The position numbers were made by a program, and so were the translations under genes. The notes beneath the pieces were generated by a model. The model searched no databases. It was not told the DNA's origin and was given only the letters and a program-made list of their open reading frames with translations. DNA of 64,000 bases from an uncultured Verrucomicrobiae bacterium. Lineage in GTDB: Bacteria > Verrucomicrobiota > Verrucomicrobiia > Limisphaerales > Palsa-1400. The stretch is taken from NCBI GenBank assembly GCA_963702845.1, contig OY969763.1, forward strand, positions 2,880,001 through 2,944,000, written 5' to 3'. Below are positions 20,426-32,543 of this stretch, piece by piece. How positions within the stretch are numbered: the stretch's first letter is position 1; the number at the start of each line of letters is the position of its first letter.

Positions 20426-22231
20426 ATGGCCAAGACATCGGTGAAGAAAATTTCAGCAGCCCGCAAACCAAAAACCAACGGTCACATCAATAACGGAGAG
20501 ATAAAAAACACAGCCATAGCAGCAACCAACGGTGCATTAGCAGGCACGCGTTTGGACATCGCCGCAGGCCGTGATTTCGCCGCCGGCGCCACGATGATGA
20601 AGAGTTCGAGCGGTATTGATTTGACGGAAAAAATCAAAGAGTTACTCCGGCTCGCGCAGGAACAGGGTTATCTCACTTACAACGATATCAACGAAGCATT
20701 GCCCGACGGAGTTGTCGCGGATGACTTAGACGAGATATATAGCAAGCTGCGCAATCTCGAAGTTGAGATCGTCGACCAGGCCGAAGTTGATCGCGTCAAA
20801 CAACCGGAACCCGAGGAAGAAGAAGACAAAGTTCGCCTCGATATTCTCGATGACCCGGTCCGCATGTATCTCAAGCAGATGGGCCAGGTCCCATTGCTCA
20901 CGCGCGAACAGGAAGTTGAAATTTCCAAGCGCATCGAAGACGCGGAAAATGAAGTTAAGCGCATCATCTACAGCTTCGGTTTCGCCGGCAAAGAGCACAT
21001 CGCCCTGGCGGAAAAATTGATTTCAGAACCGCCCAAGGAACGTTTCGACCGCGTCATCGTCGATAAAAAAATCGAAGGTCGCGAAAACCATCTTAAAGAG
21101 CTGCGCAAGCTGGTGAAAGATCGTTCGCGTCCTCGACGAAACCGTCGACGAAAAATACAGCGAAGCGCTCGAAACCAGCAAGACCGACGAGGACGAAGCC
21201 GGTCAAAGGAATTTCGAAAAGCCGACGAAAAACTGCAGAAGTCGTTTCCGAAGTTCTACTACAAGCAAAAGGTCATCGAAGAAATGGGTTTGGTCGCTGA
21301 GAACATTCACGACAAAATCCAGGTCAGCCTGCGGACGATCGCCGAACTGGAAGCGCAACGCAAATCGCCGGCACAGCAAAACATCATCCAGGCGAAGAGC
21401 GCAAAATTCAGGCGCTCGAAATTTTCGTCCGCATGCAGCACCAGGATTACATCAAGTCCTATCAGCAGTTGCAGTATTTCAGCCGCAAGGCTATCCAGGC
21501 GAAAACAGAAATGGTCGAAGCCAATCTGCGCCTCGTCATTTCCATCGCCAAAAAATACACCAACCGCGGCCTGTCGTTCCTGGACCTGATTCAGGAAGGC
21601 AACATGGGCTTGATGAAGGCGGTCGAAAAATTCGAATATCGCCGCGGCTATAAATTTTCGACTTACGCCACGTGGTGGATTCGCCAGGCGATCACCCGTT
21701 CCATCGCCGACCAGGCGCGCACCATTCGTATCCCGGTGCACATGATTGAAACGATCAACAAGCTGATGCGCGTGCAGAAGCAGTTGATCCAGGATTTCGG
21801 TCGCGAACCTTCTCCGGACGAAATCGCGGACGAAATGCAGATGCCGGTCGAGCGCGTCCGCGCCGTCCTGAAGATGGCGCAACAGCCGATCTCCCTGCAG
21901 TCTCCTGTCGGCGACAGCGAAGATACCAATTTCGGTGATTTCATCGAAGACAAGTCCGCCGAGAATCCGTCCGACATGACCAGCTACAGCTTGTTGAAAG
22001 ACAAGCTGGGAGACGTGCTCTCCAGCTTGACTGAACGTGAACGCAAAGTTTTGGAACTGCGCTTCGGTCTCGGCGACGGATATTCGCCGCACGTTGGAAG
22101 AAGTCGGCAAACAATTCAAAGTGACGCGCGAACGCATTCGTCAGATCGAAGCGAAAGCGTTGCGCAAGATGCGTCATCCAACCCGTATTCGCCAACTATC
22201 CGGCTTCCTGGAAACCGAAGAACCGGTTTAA
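20426..22231 (+). CDS. rpoD: RNA polymerase primary sigma factor RpoD, several indel errors (about 21118, 21200, 21395, 22088)
   Basis: [89 protein letters not shown], spread over three ORFs. Confidence 0.96.
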
Positions 22232-22309
22232 ACAACTTTCCCGCCCTAGCGGCGGCCTCCAGTGAGTCGTTATTGCAATCAAACGCGCGAAGCATAAACT
22301 TCGCGCGTT

Positions 22310-22738
22310 ATGTTTTTCCGCAAACTCGCCCTCATCGTTGTTGCTGCTTGCACACTGAACACATTCGCCGCTGAACCGGCGTCGCCTTCGCTGGCGCCAG
22401 ACTCGCGCTGCTTTGAAATGCGCACTTATTTCGCTGCGCCTGACAAATTGGAAGCGCTTCATGCGCGCTTTCGCGATCACACCTGCAAATTGTTCATCAA
22501 ACACGGCATGCAACTCGTTGGCTTCTGGGTTCCGATGGACAAGAATAAAAAATACGAAAATAAATTGGTCTACATCCTCGGCTTCCCCAGCCGCGAAGCG
22601 CGCGACAAGGCTTTCAAGGAATTTGGTCAGGACCCTGAATGGATCAAAGCTCGCGACGAATCAGAGAAGAACGGCAAAATCGTAGAGAAAGTCGAATCCG
22701 TTTTCATGACCGCAACCGACTATTCACCTATTAAATAG
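22310..22738 (+). CDS. NIPSNAP family protein, secreted
   Basis: Signal peptide; FEMRTY...LHARFRDHT...HGM...LVYIL...ATDYSP. Confidence 0.9.
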   Translation: MFFRKLALIVVAACTLNTFAAEPASPSLAPDSRCFEMRTYFAAPDKLEALHARFRDHTCKLFIKHGMQLVGFWVPMDKNKKYENKLVYILGFPSREARDKAFKEFGQDPEWIKARDESEKNGKIVEKVESVFMTATDYSPIK

Positions 22739-22930
22739 GCGCCAAATATCCGCAGTAAACCAAAAGCAGTCGCTCGCGTTAACGAGCAACCGCATCGTCC
22801 TGTCCATGTCGTCCATAGCTCGCATGTTGTAACATTGATGAACGCCGGCACTCGGAATGCGACGTCAATGGTTTCTCAATTGAATTTCGAGCCTCAATCG
22901 GTGTAAACTACCGCTCCACAGTCACCACCA

Positions 22931-25900
22931 TTGAGAGTTGTGAGATTCAGATTTATCCCAAAAAGCGCGGTTTGGATTGCTGCCATTCTTGTGCTTGCGG
23001 GGACGTCGCGCGTGCATGCGCTTTCAGGCACCAACCAGATTTCTGCAGCGAACATCAACGTCGTTCAAAACGATACCAGTAATAACGCCACATCGGTAAC
23101 GCTCTCCACCCCCGTTTCCATCAACGATTTTCGGGTCATCAGCGGAACGCAAAGCAGTCGTGGCGATTATTTTGTGCAGATCGGCGCGAGCGCCACAGAT
23201 GACGTCACGAATGGAATTTTAATCTCATGCATTGACCAGAATGGCCGCGACAACGGGGAAACCGGCGATTATTACGGCGTGAATTTCGGGACGAGCGCGA
23301 TCGACAGTGGCGCCTCCACTTCTCCCGGCTCCAGTGGCCAGTGGTGGATACCGGTTTTTCAGGCACCGCAAAATGGAGAATATAACTTCAACGTCGCCGC
23401 TGCCTATTTTCCCTATTCGGAAGGTTGGCTCGGAGGCTGGCTGAGCAATAACAAGGGAACTAACGGCGGCGCGAACAATCATCTCATCGGAAACCCCAGC
23501 TTGCAGATTGGCATCCACGTTATCGATCTGGGTGGCGGCCAGACTACGGTGGATTTGCGTTCATTCGACCTGGACGCACGCAGCAACGCGGTGTTGCTGG
23601 TAGTCGGCGGCAAGAACGAAGCAAACTTTGCGCTGGCCGGGAACAATACGAACGGCACGTGGACGGTTTATTGCCACGATGACAATGGTGGAAACGAGCA
23701 GGATTACGTCGGCTTTGTTTGCGTGCCGTTGACGAACCATACTGTGGTGTCGGGAAGATTTCGTGGAAACGCGGCCATCGCGTTAAAGAGCGAGTCGTTC
23801 ACGGTGACCAGCGTCGGCGTCGGCACGTATCATCTGAGCATTCCGGGAGTGAATCCCGCCAACGGCGTCCTGATTGTGTCGGCTGAAGGCGGCGATGCGA
23901 TCAATGTCGACAATATGGTCAGCTATCAGATGAACGGCGACGGCTGGGACATCCAGACGCGCGATATCACCGCAGGTTACCCGCCCGCATTGCAACAGCT
24001 TCCCGATACTAACGATGTCGCGTCCTTCGTTTTTATCCCTGCCCCGCCGCCACGTTCCCTGACTTGGGTCGGCTCGCCACAAACGACTTGGAGCCTGACC
24101 GGCGGCAATGTCTGGCGTCAAACCGGCAGCAGCACGGCGGATACTTATGCAGATGGCAACTTGGTGATCTTTGACGACTTGGCGTCAAACTTCATAGTTA
24201 CGGTGACGGGAACCGTTTCTCCGAACACTGTCACGGTGTCGAACATCCTGCACAGTTATTCCTTGAGTGGCTCAGGGACAATCTCTGGCGCGACAGGCTT
24301 CACCAAACAGGGTAACGGAACTCTCGTTCTTGGCACGGTCAACAATTACTCAGGCGATACCGCGCTTCTGCAGGGCAGACTCGTGCTGGGCGCATCCGGG
24401 GCGATTCCCGGTGGCGATAATGCGGGCAGCGTTTTGTTGAACGGCATCCTGGACCTCGCGGGGTTCAACACCACACTCAACAATCTCTCTGGCAACGGTG
24501 CGCTATATAATAATGGCAGCGCGGTGACGTTGACTGTGAACGCCGCAACCAACTCGACGTTTTCCGGGACGCTGGGAAATAGCGGTTTCATCAATCTGGT
24601 CGCCACCGGTGGCGGTTCGCTGACCCTGACCGGCAATGATGTTTTCACGGGCGATGCAATCGTCAGCAACGCCACACTCGCGATCAACGGCACGCTGAGC
24701 GCTAATCGCCTCACGGTGCGAAACGGCAGCACGCTTGCCGGAACTGGCGTAGTCAACTGCCCGGTGATTTGCGAGGCCGGCAGTTCGCTTGCTCTCTCGC
24801 CTGCCGACGCGTTGAGCATCAATTCGTCGCTCACACTGAATGGCGAAGTGAATGTTATGGTTGCGGGCAACATCTCGCTGACAAACACTGCGCAATACCT
24901 GCTGCTGAATCACGGCGCAGAAACTGGCTCTGGATTCTTCACGCTCACACAGCCGGCGGGGCTGCAATGCAACGGTTTAAAAGCGTTGCTCGTCGATTCT
25001 GCCGGACAGCTCAAGTTGGTCGTCACCAATGCGCCTCTGAACGGCACTATCAGCGATGTACGCCATGTCGTTTTGCTGATGAACGAGAATCGGTCGTACG
25101 ACCATTACTTCGGGACACTGCACGGCGGACGCGGCTTCGACGATCGCAATGCAATGTTGTTGACCACTGGCCTCAATGCGTTCCACCAGCCGACCGGCTC
25201 GGAGATCCGCCTATGAACTACCTTTCCATTCCAGCGAGCAGTGCCTCACCGATTTGAACCATAGCTGGCCGGTGACGCACACCACCTTCAATAACGGGAG
25301 AAGCGACCAATGGGTACCGAACAAGACACCGGAGACGATGATGTTTTATACGCGCAATGATCTTCCCTTTTATTACCAACTGGTCGACGCCTTCACCATC
25401 TGTGACGAGTATCATGCCTCGGTGATTTCTTCCACGTTCCCGAACCGATTCACGTACATGACTGGCATGATCGATCCGCATAGCACCGGCGGCGGCCCGG
25501 AGATCGACAATTCTACGCCACCCAACGGTTTCACGTGGAAGACGTATCCCGAAATGCTGCAAGACGCGGGCGTGAGCTGGAAAATTTATCAAGTCAACAG
25601 TGACGACGGCGACAACATCACGAAGCAGTTTGCCGCTTACAAAAATGCAAAGCCCGGCAATCCACTCTACGACCGCGGGATGGTCCTTTCGGCCAACGTC
25701 ACTGCCATGGTGAATTTGTTCCAGGGCGACGTGACCGGCAACAAGCTGCCAAGCGTTTCGTGGATCATTGGCCCGAGCGATTACTCGGAGCATCCGCCCC
25801 ATTCGCCCGCCAACGGCGAGATACTCACGAAAGCGATCCTCGATGCGATTGCGTCGAATCCCGCAGTGTACAATTCCACCGTGTTCATCGTGAACTACGA

Positions 25901-27087
25901 TGAGAACGATGGGTTTTTCGATCACGCCATGCCGATTCTTCCACCGCAACCAACAGCCGATGAGTTTGTCGGCAATATGCCGATCGGACTTGGCGTTCGT
26001 GTGCCGTGTCATCCTGGTGTCTCCATGGTCGCGCGGCGGACGTGTCTGTTCACAGGTGTTCGACCATACTTCGACACTGCGGTTTCTCGAAGAGTGGACC
26101 GGCGTCAGATGTCCGAACATCAGCGCGTGGCGTCGCCAGGTTTGCGGCGATCTCACGAGCGCGTTTGATTTCGCGCATCCGGACTTTGTTTATCCAGGCG
26201 GCTCGTTCACCAATCTGACCACCGTTAGTTGTCCTTCGGGCAACACGGTTTCGCCGCCGCTCACGCAAACGGTCCCGACACAGGAACCGGGCACGCTCAC
26301 ACCCGTGCCGTTGCCGTATCAGCCGAATGCATTCTGCACGCTGAATTCCAGCGCGAGCACGCTGACTGTTACGATGACAAACTCCGGCAAGGCGTCTGTT
26401 CACTTTGGGGTTTACCCAAATACTTACAGCACTGCCGACCCGCAACCGTTCGATGTTCCACACGCGACCTCGATTAACACGACGTTCAGCCTTTCGGCAA
26501 CGGCAGGCAAATATGATTTTAGCTGCTATGGCCCGGACGGTTTCCAGCGGCGGTTCGCCGGGAATCTTGCTTCCGACTTCAACAAGATTGAGGCCGTTTC
26601 TATTCTGAATCCGACCAATGGCGCGACCGCGATTGCGCTCGAAAATCTTTCGAGTTCAACGGTGACGTTCGGTCTGACCAATGGCTACACGCTACAGACT
26701 GCGAGTTATGTCTTGCCCGCCCACAGCACAAATATGATCAACGTCGGCGGTGAAACGAACAACGGGCTGTATGACGTGACTGTCACCTCGACCGCGGACA
26801 GCTTCTTTCTCCGTCGTTTCCTTGGCCGGGCTCAGATCATCCCCACCACCCTGCCCCCGACACCGATTGTTTTATCCAACCCGACAGTGGCGAGTGGCAA
26901 CGTTCAGTTTAATTTCATCGGACCCGCCGGACAATCATACCAAGTGCTAGTCACGACGGATGTCGCCGACAGCAACAGTTGGCAGATCATCTCGTCGGGA
27001 GTCTTCGGGAATACCATTGAGACGTTCAATGATCCGAGCAGTGTCAGTAGCCATACGACGCGTTTCTATCGAGTGGTTTCACCCTGA
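22931..27087 (+). CDS. Large secreted fusion: unknown N-domain, autotransporter-associated beta-strand repeats, phospholipase C/phosphoesterase, DUF756, C-terminal FYR domain; indels near 25200 and 26005
   Basis: TKQGNGTLVLGTVNNYSGDT; VRHVVLLMNENRSYDHYFG; STFPNR; SEHP; NYDENDGFFDH; GLGVRVP; SQVFDHTS; WRRQVCGDLTSAFDF; GPDGFQRRFAG; ends RFYRVVSP. Confidence 0.88.
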
Positions 27088-27155
27088 GCCCTAGGTTGAG
27101 GGTCGGAAGTGATGGGCCGCCTAAAGGCGGGACTTCTTACTGCCCGAAATCGCTC

Positions 27156-27205
27156 TTTTTTTACTTAACCTACCGTTGGTTACCTTTGCTTACCGATGGT
27201 TACCG
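27156..27205. repeat. TACC repeated at 10-bp period x4, preceded by a T tract
   Basis: TACC at 27171, 27181, 27191, 27201. Confidence 0.7.
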
Positions 27206-27337
27206 AATCGAATCCAGCAAAACGCAATCGAGTGCACCTAACACGCGTCTTCGCTTCTGATTGCATCAGTTTAGGCGAAGTGTATTCTTTTCAAGATCCT
27301 CAAAAGTTTGAGCGTTCGGGATTGTCTTATTTGGCGT

Positions 27338-29500
27338 ATGAAACAGTTGACTGGCTGGAAAATAGTCGCGGCGCTGGCGTTGATCTTCAGCATGCCAGAA
27401 ATTAACGCACAATCACTGCAAGCTGCAGACGCATCGTTCGCGTGGGTGAATTCCTTGACCGGCGCCGACGGGAACATGCCGAACTTCGATTTCGATACCA
27501 ACGGAAACTGTTACGCCGTCTGCCATTTTCATTCGACCAATGCGGTTATCAACGGAATCACCCTGACGAACAGCGGAACCGGCTATGACACGGTGGTGAT
27601 CAAGTATAACAATCAAGGGCAAGTGCAGTGGTTCAAGCAGGCAACCGGCGCCGCCAGCGACTTCGGCCTCGCAGTGGCAGTGGACCCGGCCGGCCCGGTT
27701 TATGTGGTGGGAAGTTTTTATTCTGCCGTGATGACTCTCGGCGGCTTTTCGGTGACCAATTCGACTGGCACAAGCTCGTCGGATATTTTCGTCGCTAAAT
27801 TCGATACCAACGGGAACGTGCAGTGGTTGCGATGGGGTGGGAGCAGCGGAATCGATACTTGTTATCATGCGCGGGTGGATCACGATGGAAACCTGATGAT
27901 CCTGGGGACGTTCGCCGCAAGTAGCATCAAGTTCGACACCACTACGCTCTCAGCAACCGCCAATAATAATCTCTTTTTGATGAAAGTTGATCCAGCGGGA
28001 CACGTAATCTGGGCGCAATGGGCCGGAGGTGCTAACGGAGCCGCGGGATACCGGATGGCTGTGGATTCTTCGGATGATTACTACATAACCGGCCCTTTCA
28101 GCGGGACTGTGTCGTTCGGCAGTCACACTGTTGTGTCGGCCGGGAAGCATGATGTTTTCGTCGCGAAATATGATACGGACGGAAATGTTTTGTGGGCGAT
28201 CAGTGGCGGGGGAAGCGCGGAAGACGAAGCATTCGGAATCGGAATTGATCCGTCGGGAAATTGTTATGTTTCGGGCTATATTGCTTCAGCCACGGCAACG
28301 TTTGGAACGAATACCCTGCACACAGCAGGAGGCAACGATATTTTCGTAGCCAAGATTTCTCCGTCGGGATCGTTTCTTTGGGCTCGAAGTGCGGGCGGCC
28401 CCGGCGACGATCGGGCTCAACCCGTGGTCTTCGATTCCCAAGGGAACGTTTACCTGGGCTGCCATTATTCAGGGAACGCGACCTTCGGCAACGTCACCTT
28501 GACCAACGCCGGAGGGGAAGATATCGCAGTCGTTAAATACGATCCGAACGGAAATTTTCAATGGGTGATTTCAGCAGGAGGCTCCACTGACGACGAAGCG
28601 AGTGCCATTGAGTTCGATCCTTCCGGCCATTTGTTTATTTCGGGATACTGTTCCTCGAACTGTGTTTTCGGAAATCTTGTCGTCACCAACACAGTCAGCA
28701 ACGGCATTTACCTCGCGCGCCTGGACTTTTCTGTGCCGTCGGCCGTCAATATCATTAATTTTTCGACGACCAATGCTTCAGGATGGCTTGCAACGGCGGG
28801 TGGGGCTGTCGACGCGATTCCGTATCACGACGCGAGTACTATCACCATCACGAGCAACGCTTTCAGCAACGGCACTTTCCTGCAAGGCGGCAGTCTCGCC
28901 AATTTTGACGGCTTCTGGACGGCAAAATACGTTTTCACCCTGCCCTACGGCGCGACCAACATCGTTTTGGTTTATTCCAACCTTCTCTCAGACGACCGCG
29001 TCGTCTTTGAATTAAACGGCACAGCCATCGGCGCAACCGGCGGTCAAACAACATCCGGGCTTACCTCCGGAAAAATGGTCTTTACTGAAGGCGGCCCATC
29101 GCAAAGCTATTTCTTCAGCGGGCCGAATGGCGCAGTCAGCAACACGGTAACCGGCGGTTTCATCGTTCCTGGAACCAATGTTCTATATGCCATCGTTAAT
29201 AACACCGGCAGCGGAATTGGAGGCGACTTAAAGACTCTCACAGGCGGCCAAGGTGGCGACGGCACAACCTTCGGTGTGAAAGGCACAATTGAATATTCAA
29301 TCACACCGCCCGTCCTAACTGGAATAACATCCAATGCGAATTACCTAGTCAGTTGGCCAATCGGCTACACCGACTACCGTCTGCAAACATCCACTAACCT
29401 GGGCGACTCGACCAATTGGACGGACATCACAACAGTGAGCAATTCCCTACAGACAAACTCCACCGACGCCGCGCGTTTCTTCAGGCTGATAAAACCCTGA
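27338..29500 (+). CDS. Secreted SBBP-repeat beta-propeller protein with C-terminal FFR domain
   Basis: Repeats of D..GN.Y..G / DIFVAKYD..GN..WA.SAGG; start ATG 27338 (MKQLTGW); ends RFFRLIKP. Confidence 0.88.
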   Translation: MKQLTGWKIVAALALIFSMPEINAQSLQAADASFAWVNSLTGADGNMPNFDFDTNGNCYAVCHFHSTNAVINGITLTNSGTGYDTVVIKYNNQGQVQWFKQATGAASDFGLAVAVDPAGPVYVVGSFYSAVMTLGGFSVTNSTGTSSSDIFVAKFDTNGNVQWLRWGGSSGIDTCYHARVDHDGNLMILGTFAASSIKFDTTTLSATANNNLFLMKVDPAGHVIWAQWAGGANGAAGYRMAVDSSDDYYITGPFSGTVSFGSHTVVSAGKHDVFVAKYDTDGNVLWAISGGGSAEDEAFGIGIDPSGNCYVSGYIASATATFGTNTLHTAGGNDIFVAKISPSGSFLWARSAGGPGDDRAQPVVFDSQGNVYLGCHYSGNATFGNVTLTNAGGEDIAVVKYDPNGNFQWVISAGGSTDDEASAIEFDPSGHLFISGYCSSNCVFGNLVVTNTVSNGIYLARLDFSVPSAVNIINFSTTNASGWLATAGGAVDAIPYHDASTITITSNAFSNGTFLQGGSLANFDGFWTAKYVFTLPYGATNIVLVYSNLLSDDRVVFELNGTAIGATGGQTTSGLTSGKMVFTEGGPSQSYFFSGPNGAVSNTVTGGFIVPGTNVLYAIVNNTGSGIGGDLKTLTGGQGGDGTTFGVKGTIEYSITPPVLTGITSNANYLVSWPIGYTDYRLQTSTNLGDSTNWTDITTVSNSLQTNSTDAARFFRLIKP

Positions 29501-29750
29501 ACGCACTCATCACTCGCCCCCGCAACACCGCCGTCACCGCATAATGATCCGACGGAAATCTTCCTTCCGCCGATTTCGTCCGGTCTATCGTCGCCGAGAT
29601 CGCGTGCAGTTCGGGCGTGTGCAGAATGAAATCAATCCGCGAGCCGTGCACCGTTCCTTTGAACCCATGAAAACTGGCCTCGTCGGGCGAGCGTTTCGGG
29701 TAGACCTCGCGGTAGCTGTCACTGAAGTGCGCCATGTCCGGCTCCGACAC
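29481..29750 (-). pseudogene. 3' fragment of an endonuclease/exonuclease/phosphatase (EEP) gene
   Basis: SFHGFKG...RIDFIL...FPSDHYAVTA is the EEP C-terminus; the N-terminal motifs (N, QE, GDFN) are absent. Confidence 0.75.
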
Positions 29751-29776
29751 ACGGGTTCGGTTCTTAGTATTGACAA

Positions 29777-30505
29777 CTAATCAGATCGCACCGTCGCGAC
29801 GTGCCAGTCGAAGAAAAGTTCGTTGCGCACGGTTTTATGAGCGGGGCCTGCCGGCAGGAAGTCAAAATAATAGGCGGCTGGCTTTCCATTTTCCTGATCC
29901 ACATCTGTCAACGCCCAGGACAGGGACGGATTGTAGATATCGCCGATATGTTTCGGCGGCTCGTTGGTCCCTGTATTATATGGCGGCTTGGTGTAGGGGT
30001 ATCCGAACGGACGGCTAACCGTGCCCGAAGTCACATTGGTGATTTCGAGAGCGGCCATGTAACTCAGCGGCACATAATTGGACATCAGGGGCGTGTCTGC
30101 CGAAACCGACTTCCAATGCTGGGCAGCCGATGGGCAGCGCGCGAGCGGAGCGTCGTGAGGTGTCACCGATGGCGCGGGTAATCCCATGTATGGGGCAAGG
30201 TAATATGGCAGACGCGTAAAATCAAGGTTGTCGTACTCTGCATAGAGGCCGAGCCAGGCCGGGCCGGGCAATTGATTAGCGTGATCGCCGGCGTATAATT
30301 CGATGGCGATGCCCAGTTGCTTCAAATTATTGACACATTGCGTCCGAGCACTTCTTTCCTTGGCCACGGATAATGCGGGCAGCAAGAGCGCCGCCAGAAT
30401 CGCGATGATGCCGATCACGACCAGCAGTTCCACGAGTGTAAAGGCTGGGGTTTGTTTCCCGGTCAATAAGATCTTGGGTTTGGTGATAAACATATTTCTC
30501 CTCAT
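29777..30505 (-). CDS. Prepilin-type/DUF1559-like pseudopilin
   Basis: [23 protein letters not shown]...CVNNLKQ; C-terminal [15 protein letters not shown] overlap with the ECF stop codon. Confidence 0.9.
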   Translation of the reverse strand: MRRNMFITKPKILLTGKQTPAFTLVELLVVIGIIAILAALLLPALSVAKERSARTQCVNNLKQLGIAIELYAGDHANQLPGPAWLGLYAEYDNLDFTRLPYYLAPYMGLPAPSVTPHDAPLARCPSAAQHWKSVSADTPLMSNYVPLSYMAALEITNVTSGTVSRPFGYPYTKPPYNTGTNEPPKHIGDIYNPSLSWALTDVDQENGKPAAYYFDFLPAGPAHKTVRNELFFDWHVATVRSD

Positions 30506-31977
30506 TTCATTAGTCCCGACCGGCCAACCGTCATCGCTATGATCAACGCCGCGGATTGGTTTTTGCAAGAAAACCAATCCATGCTCGTAACTGTTACGGA
30601 CGGATTGGGATTGGCGATCGCGGTCAGACAGAAACGCACCGGCCGGTTTTGCCCGCGGGTGCGGGTCCCACCCACCCAGACCGCTTTGGAATTGGAGCCG
30701 GTTGGATCATTCATCGTCTTGGATTTCGGTCCAGTCGGAGTGTTTGCTTTTTTACCAGATCTGGCGGCCCACTCGACGATTTCCGAGCCGTAAAGCAATT
30801 GATTCGTCGCCGTCGATCCGTCGTCATAATGAAAGACGACCTGACAAACGGGCGTGTTATCGGGCGAGGGGAAGAAAGCGCTATTATACACGTAGAGCGT
30901 CTCAAACTTCTGGTTCACGTCGATGCCAAGGGCCTTTTCTGGAAAAACCGCACCACCTGCGGCATTCATAGCTCCCCAAAGAAAAATCGTTCCATCGATC
31001 TGGAGCGGCACATGCTCGAAAACTTGAAACCCCACGGGAGCAACCGCCACGGGAGCATTCCCCGAAACAGGATACTGCGTTATCGTATCAAAAAAGGAAA
31101 CCGGCTCAGAGTAGTGGGCCGTTAGATCAATCGGCGTGGCAGTATGATTTGCAATGGCGCGTTTGCCGGCAGCGAGTGCGATGCTGTGTTGGATTGGTTC
31201 TCGCAAGACGACCACTGTGGCAATGGACGCTGTCAGCAAAGCGCATGCGCCCGCTACAAGCCCGGTCTTGGTTTTTGTCCACGCCATAATCTTTAGTGCT
31301 CCTTTGATGAAAATTGAGATCGATGCTGCGGAGTGCGCCGCGGACAAGGCGGCGGACGTGGCGGATGCGGCCAGGCCCGTGGGGGCGGCGTGCGCGGAAA
31401 GTGCAAAGAGAGGCGCGCCAGCGGTGAGAGACGGTGTCGCGAAACCACGGCTGCGGAAGAATTGGGTCAGTTGATCCAAAGAACGGCTGACCCGTTTGCG
31501 CGCGGCATCTTCGCCCACGCCAAGGGCCGAACCGACTTCCCGGAAAGTCTGGCCTTCCATGAAATGCATGATGACGGCCGAACGGTCGGGATCGCGCAAT
31601 CGCAATAGCGCTTCATCCAGCATCGGCACCAGTGCCGACCAGACGGAATCGCCTTCCGCGCCAGCTAATTCCTGGCTGACTGCAACTTGTTCGCGATTGC
31701 GGCGGCGTAATTCGGAACGCAGCCAGTCACGGGATTTGTTCAGTGTCGTTTGATGGAGCCAGCCGGCGATGGTTGGATGGGAACGCAATTTGCCGGAGGA
31801 TTGCGCCAACGCGACAAAAACGTTTTGGGTGATTTCTTCAGCGGCGCTCCGATCGCCAACCTGTCGGAAAGCGGTGCCGAATACCAAATTAACGTGATGG
31901 CGCACCAGCGCGGCAAAGGCCTCTTCGCTGCGCCGGGCGTCGAATTCTGCGATCCATTGTTTGTCCTGTTCCGACAT
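30502..31977 (-). CDS. ECF sigma-70 factor with TM helix and C-terminal beta-sandwich extension
   Basis: [15 protein letters not shown]...AEEITQNVF...[27 protein letters not shown] + TM; start MSEQDKQ at 31977. Confidence 0.92.
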   Translation of the reverse strand: MSEQDKQWIAEFDARRSEEAFAALVRHHVNLVFGTAFRQVGDRSAAEEITQNVFVALAQSSGKLRSHPTIAGWLHQTTLNKSRDWLRSELRRRNREQVAVSQELAGAEGDSVWSALVPMLDEALLRLRDPDRSAVIMHFMEGQTFREVGSALGVGEDAARKRVSRSLDQLTQFFRSRGFATPSLTAGAPLFALSAHAAPTGLAASATSAALSAAHSAASISIFIKGALKIMAWTKTKTGLVAGACALLTASIATVVVLREPIQHSIALAAGKRAIANHTATPIDLTAHYSEPVSFFDTITQYPVSGNAPVAVAPVGFQVFEHVPLQIDGTIFLWGAMNAAGGAVFPEKALGIDVNQKFETLYVYNSAFFPSPDNTPVCQVVFHYDDGSTATNQLLYGSEIVEWAARSGKKANTPTGPKSKTMNDPTGSNSKAVWVGGTRTRGQNRPVRFCLTAIANPNPSVTVTSMDWFSCKNQSAALIIAMTVGRSGLMK

Positions 31978-31984
31978 GTAGTTT

Positions 31985-32021
31985 CTATCAGTAGATTGCC
32001 GCCGGACCACGAAACCGGACA
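31985..32021 (-). promoter_or_regulatory. Putative autoregulatory ECF promoter
   Basis: TGTCCGGTTTCGTGGTCCGGCGGCAATCTACTGATAG, ungapped match to 1902-1938. Confidence 0.55.
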
Positions 32022-32140
32022 CGAATCGTTCCCCTGTGCCGATTATTATACAGAGCGTAATTGGTGACAATTTGATTCAAAGGTGCGCCCGGGTGCGGCT
32101 ACGAACCGGATGTGACCGGTCAAATAGGAAGGGATGACTG

Positions 32141-32506
32141 TCATCGGTCCGAGGTCCGAAAGGTCAGTCCTCCGAGGGGTGAGTGACTCATTCGCTCGTC
32201 TAACGTGGCAAAGGCTGGTGAGGTGAACGGCAGCAGCAGGTAAACCGTTGGACGATCAGGCCCGATCATGCCGTTGAAAACGCCGACGGTCGAAACGTCG
32301 GCCCGGTTCAACGCCGGAACGCATGCATTTTTGAGATATTCGTCGAACCGTTTTTGCATCGCGCCCTGGCGCAGATGATACAGACGCAATTCATAAAACT
32401 CGTGGGTGCCGGATGTCGAGGCTGGTTCAGCAGCGGAGGAACTTGAGTTGAATGCAACGGCTGCGGCCGAAGCAAACGCTGTCTTAACAAAATCACGCCT
32501 TTTCAT
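32141..32506 (-). pseudogene. Tat-exported NIPSNAP protein, 3'-truncated
   Basis: MKRRDFVK Tat signal; FYELRLY...PALNR...VGVF; family resemblance ends near residue 105 and the second NIPSNAP domain is missing. Confidence 0.7.
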
Positions 32507-32543
32507 GGTTTATTGAAATCGATCTCTTGACTCATTCGACTCC

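Noticed and set aside
21307..22137. Long antisense ORFs (also 25218..26156, 39147..40034, 61399..62226)
   Set aside because: Shadow frames opposite well-supported genes in GC-rich coding DNA.
20426..22231. Programmed frameshifting or pseudogenisation of rpoD and other split genes
   Set aside because: Indels are scattered, lack slippery-site signatures and hit an essential gene, so sequencing error is more parsimonious.
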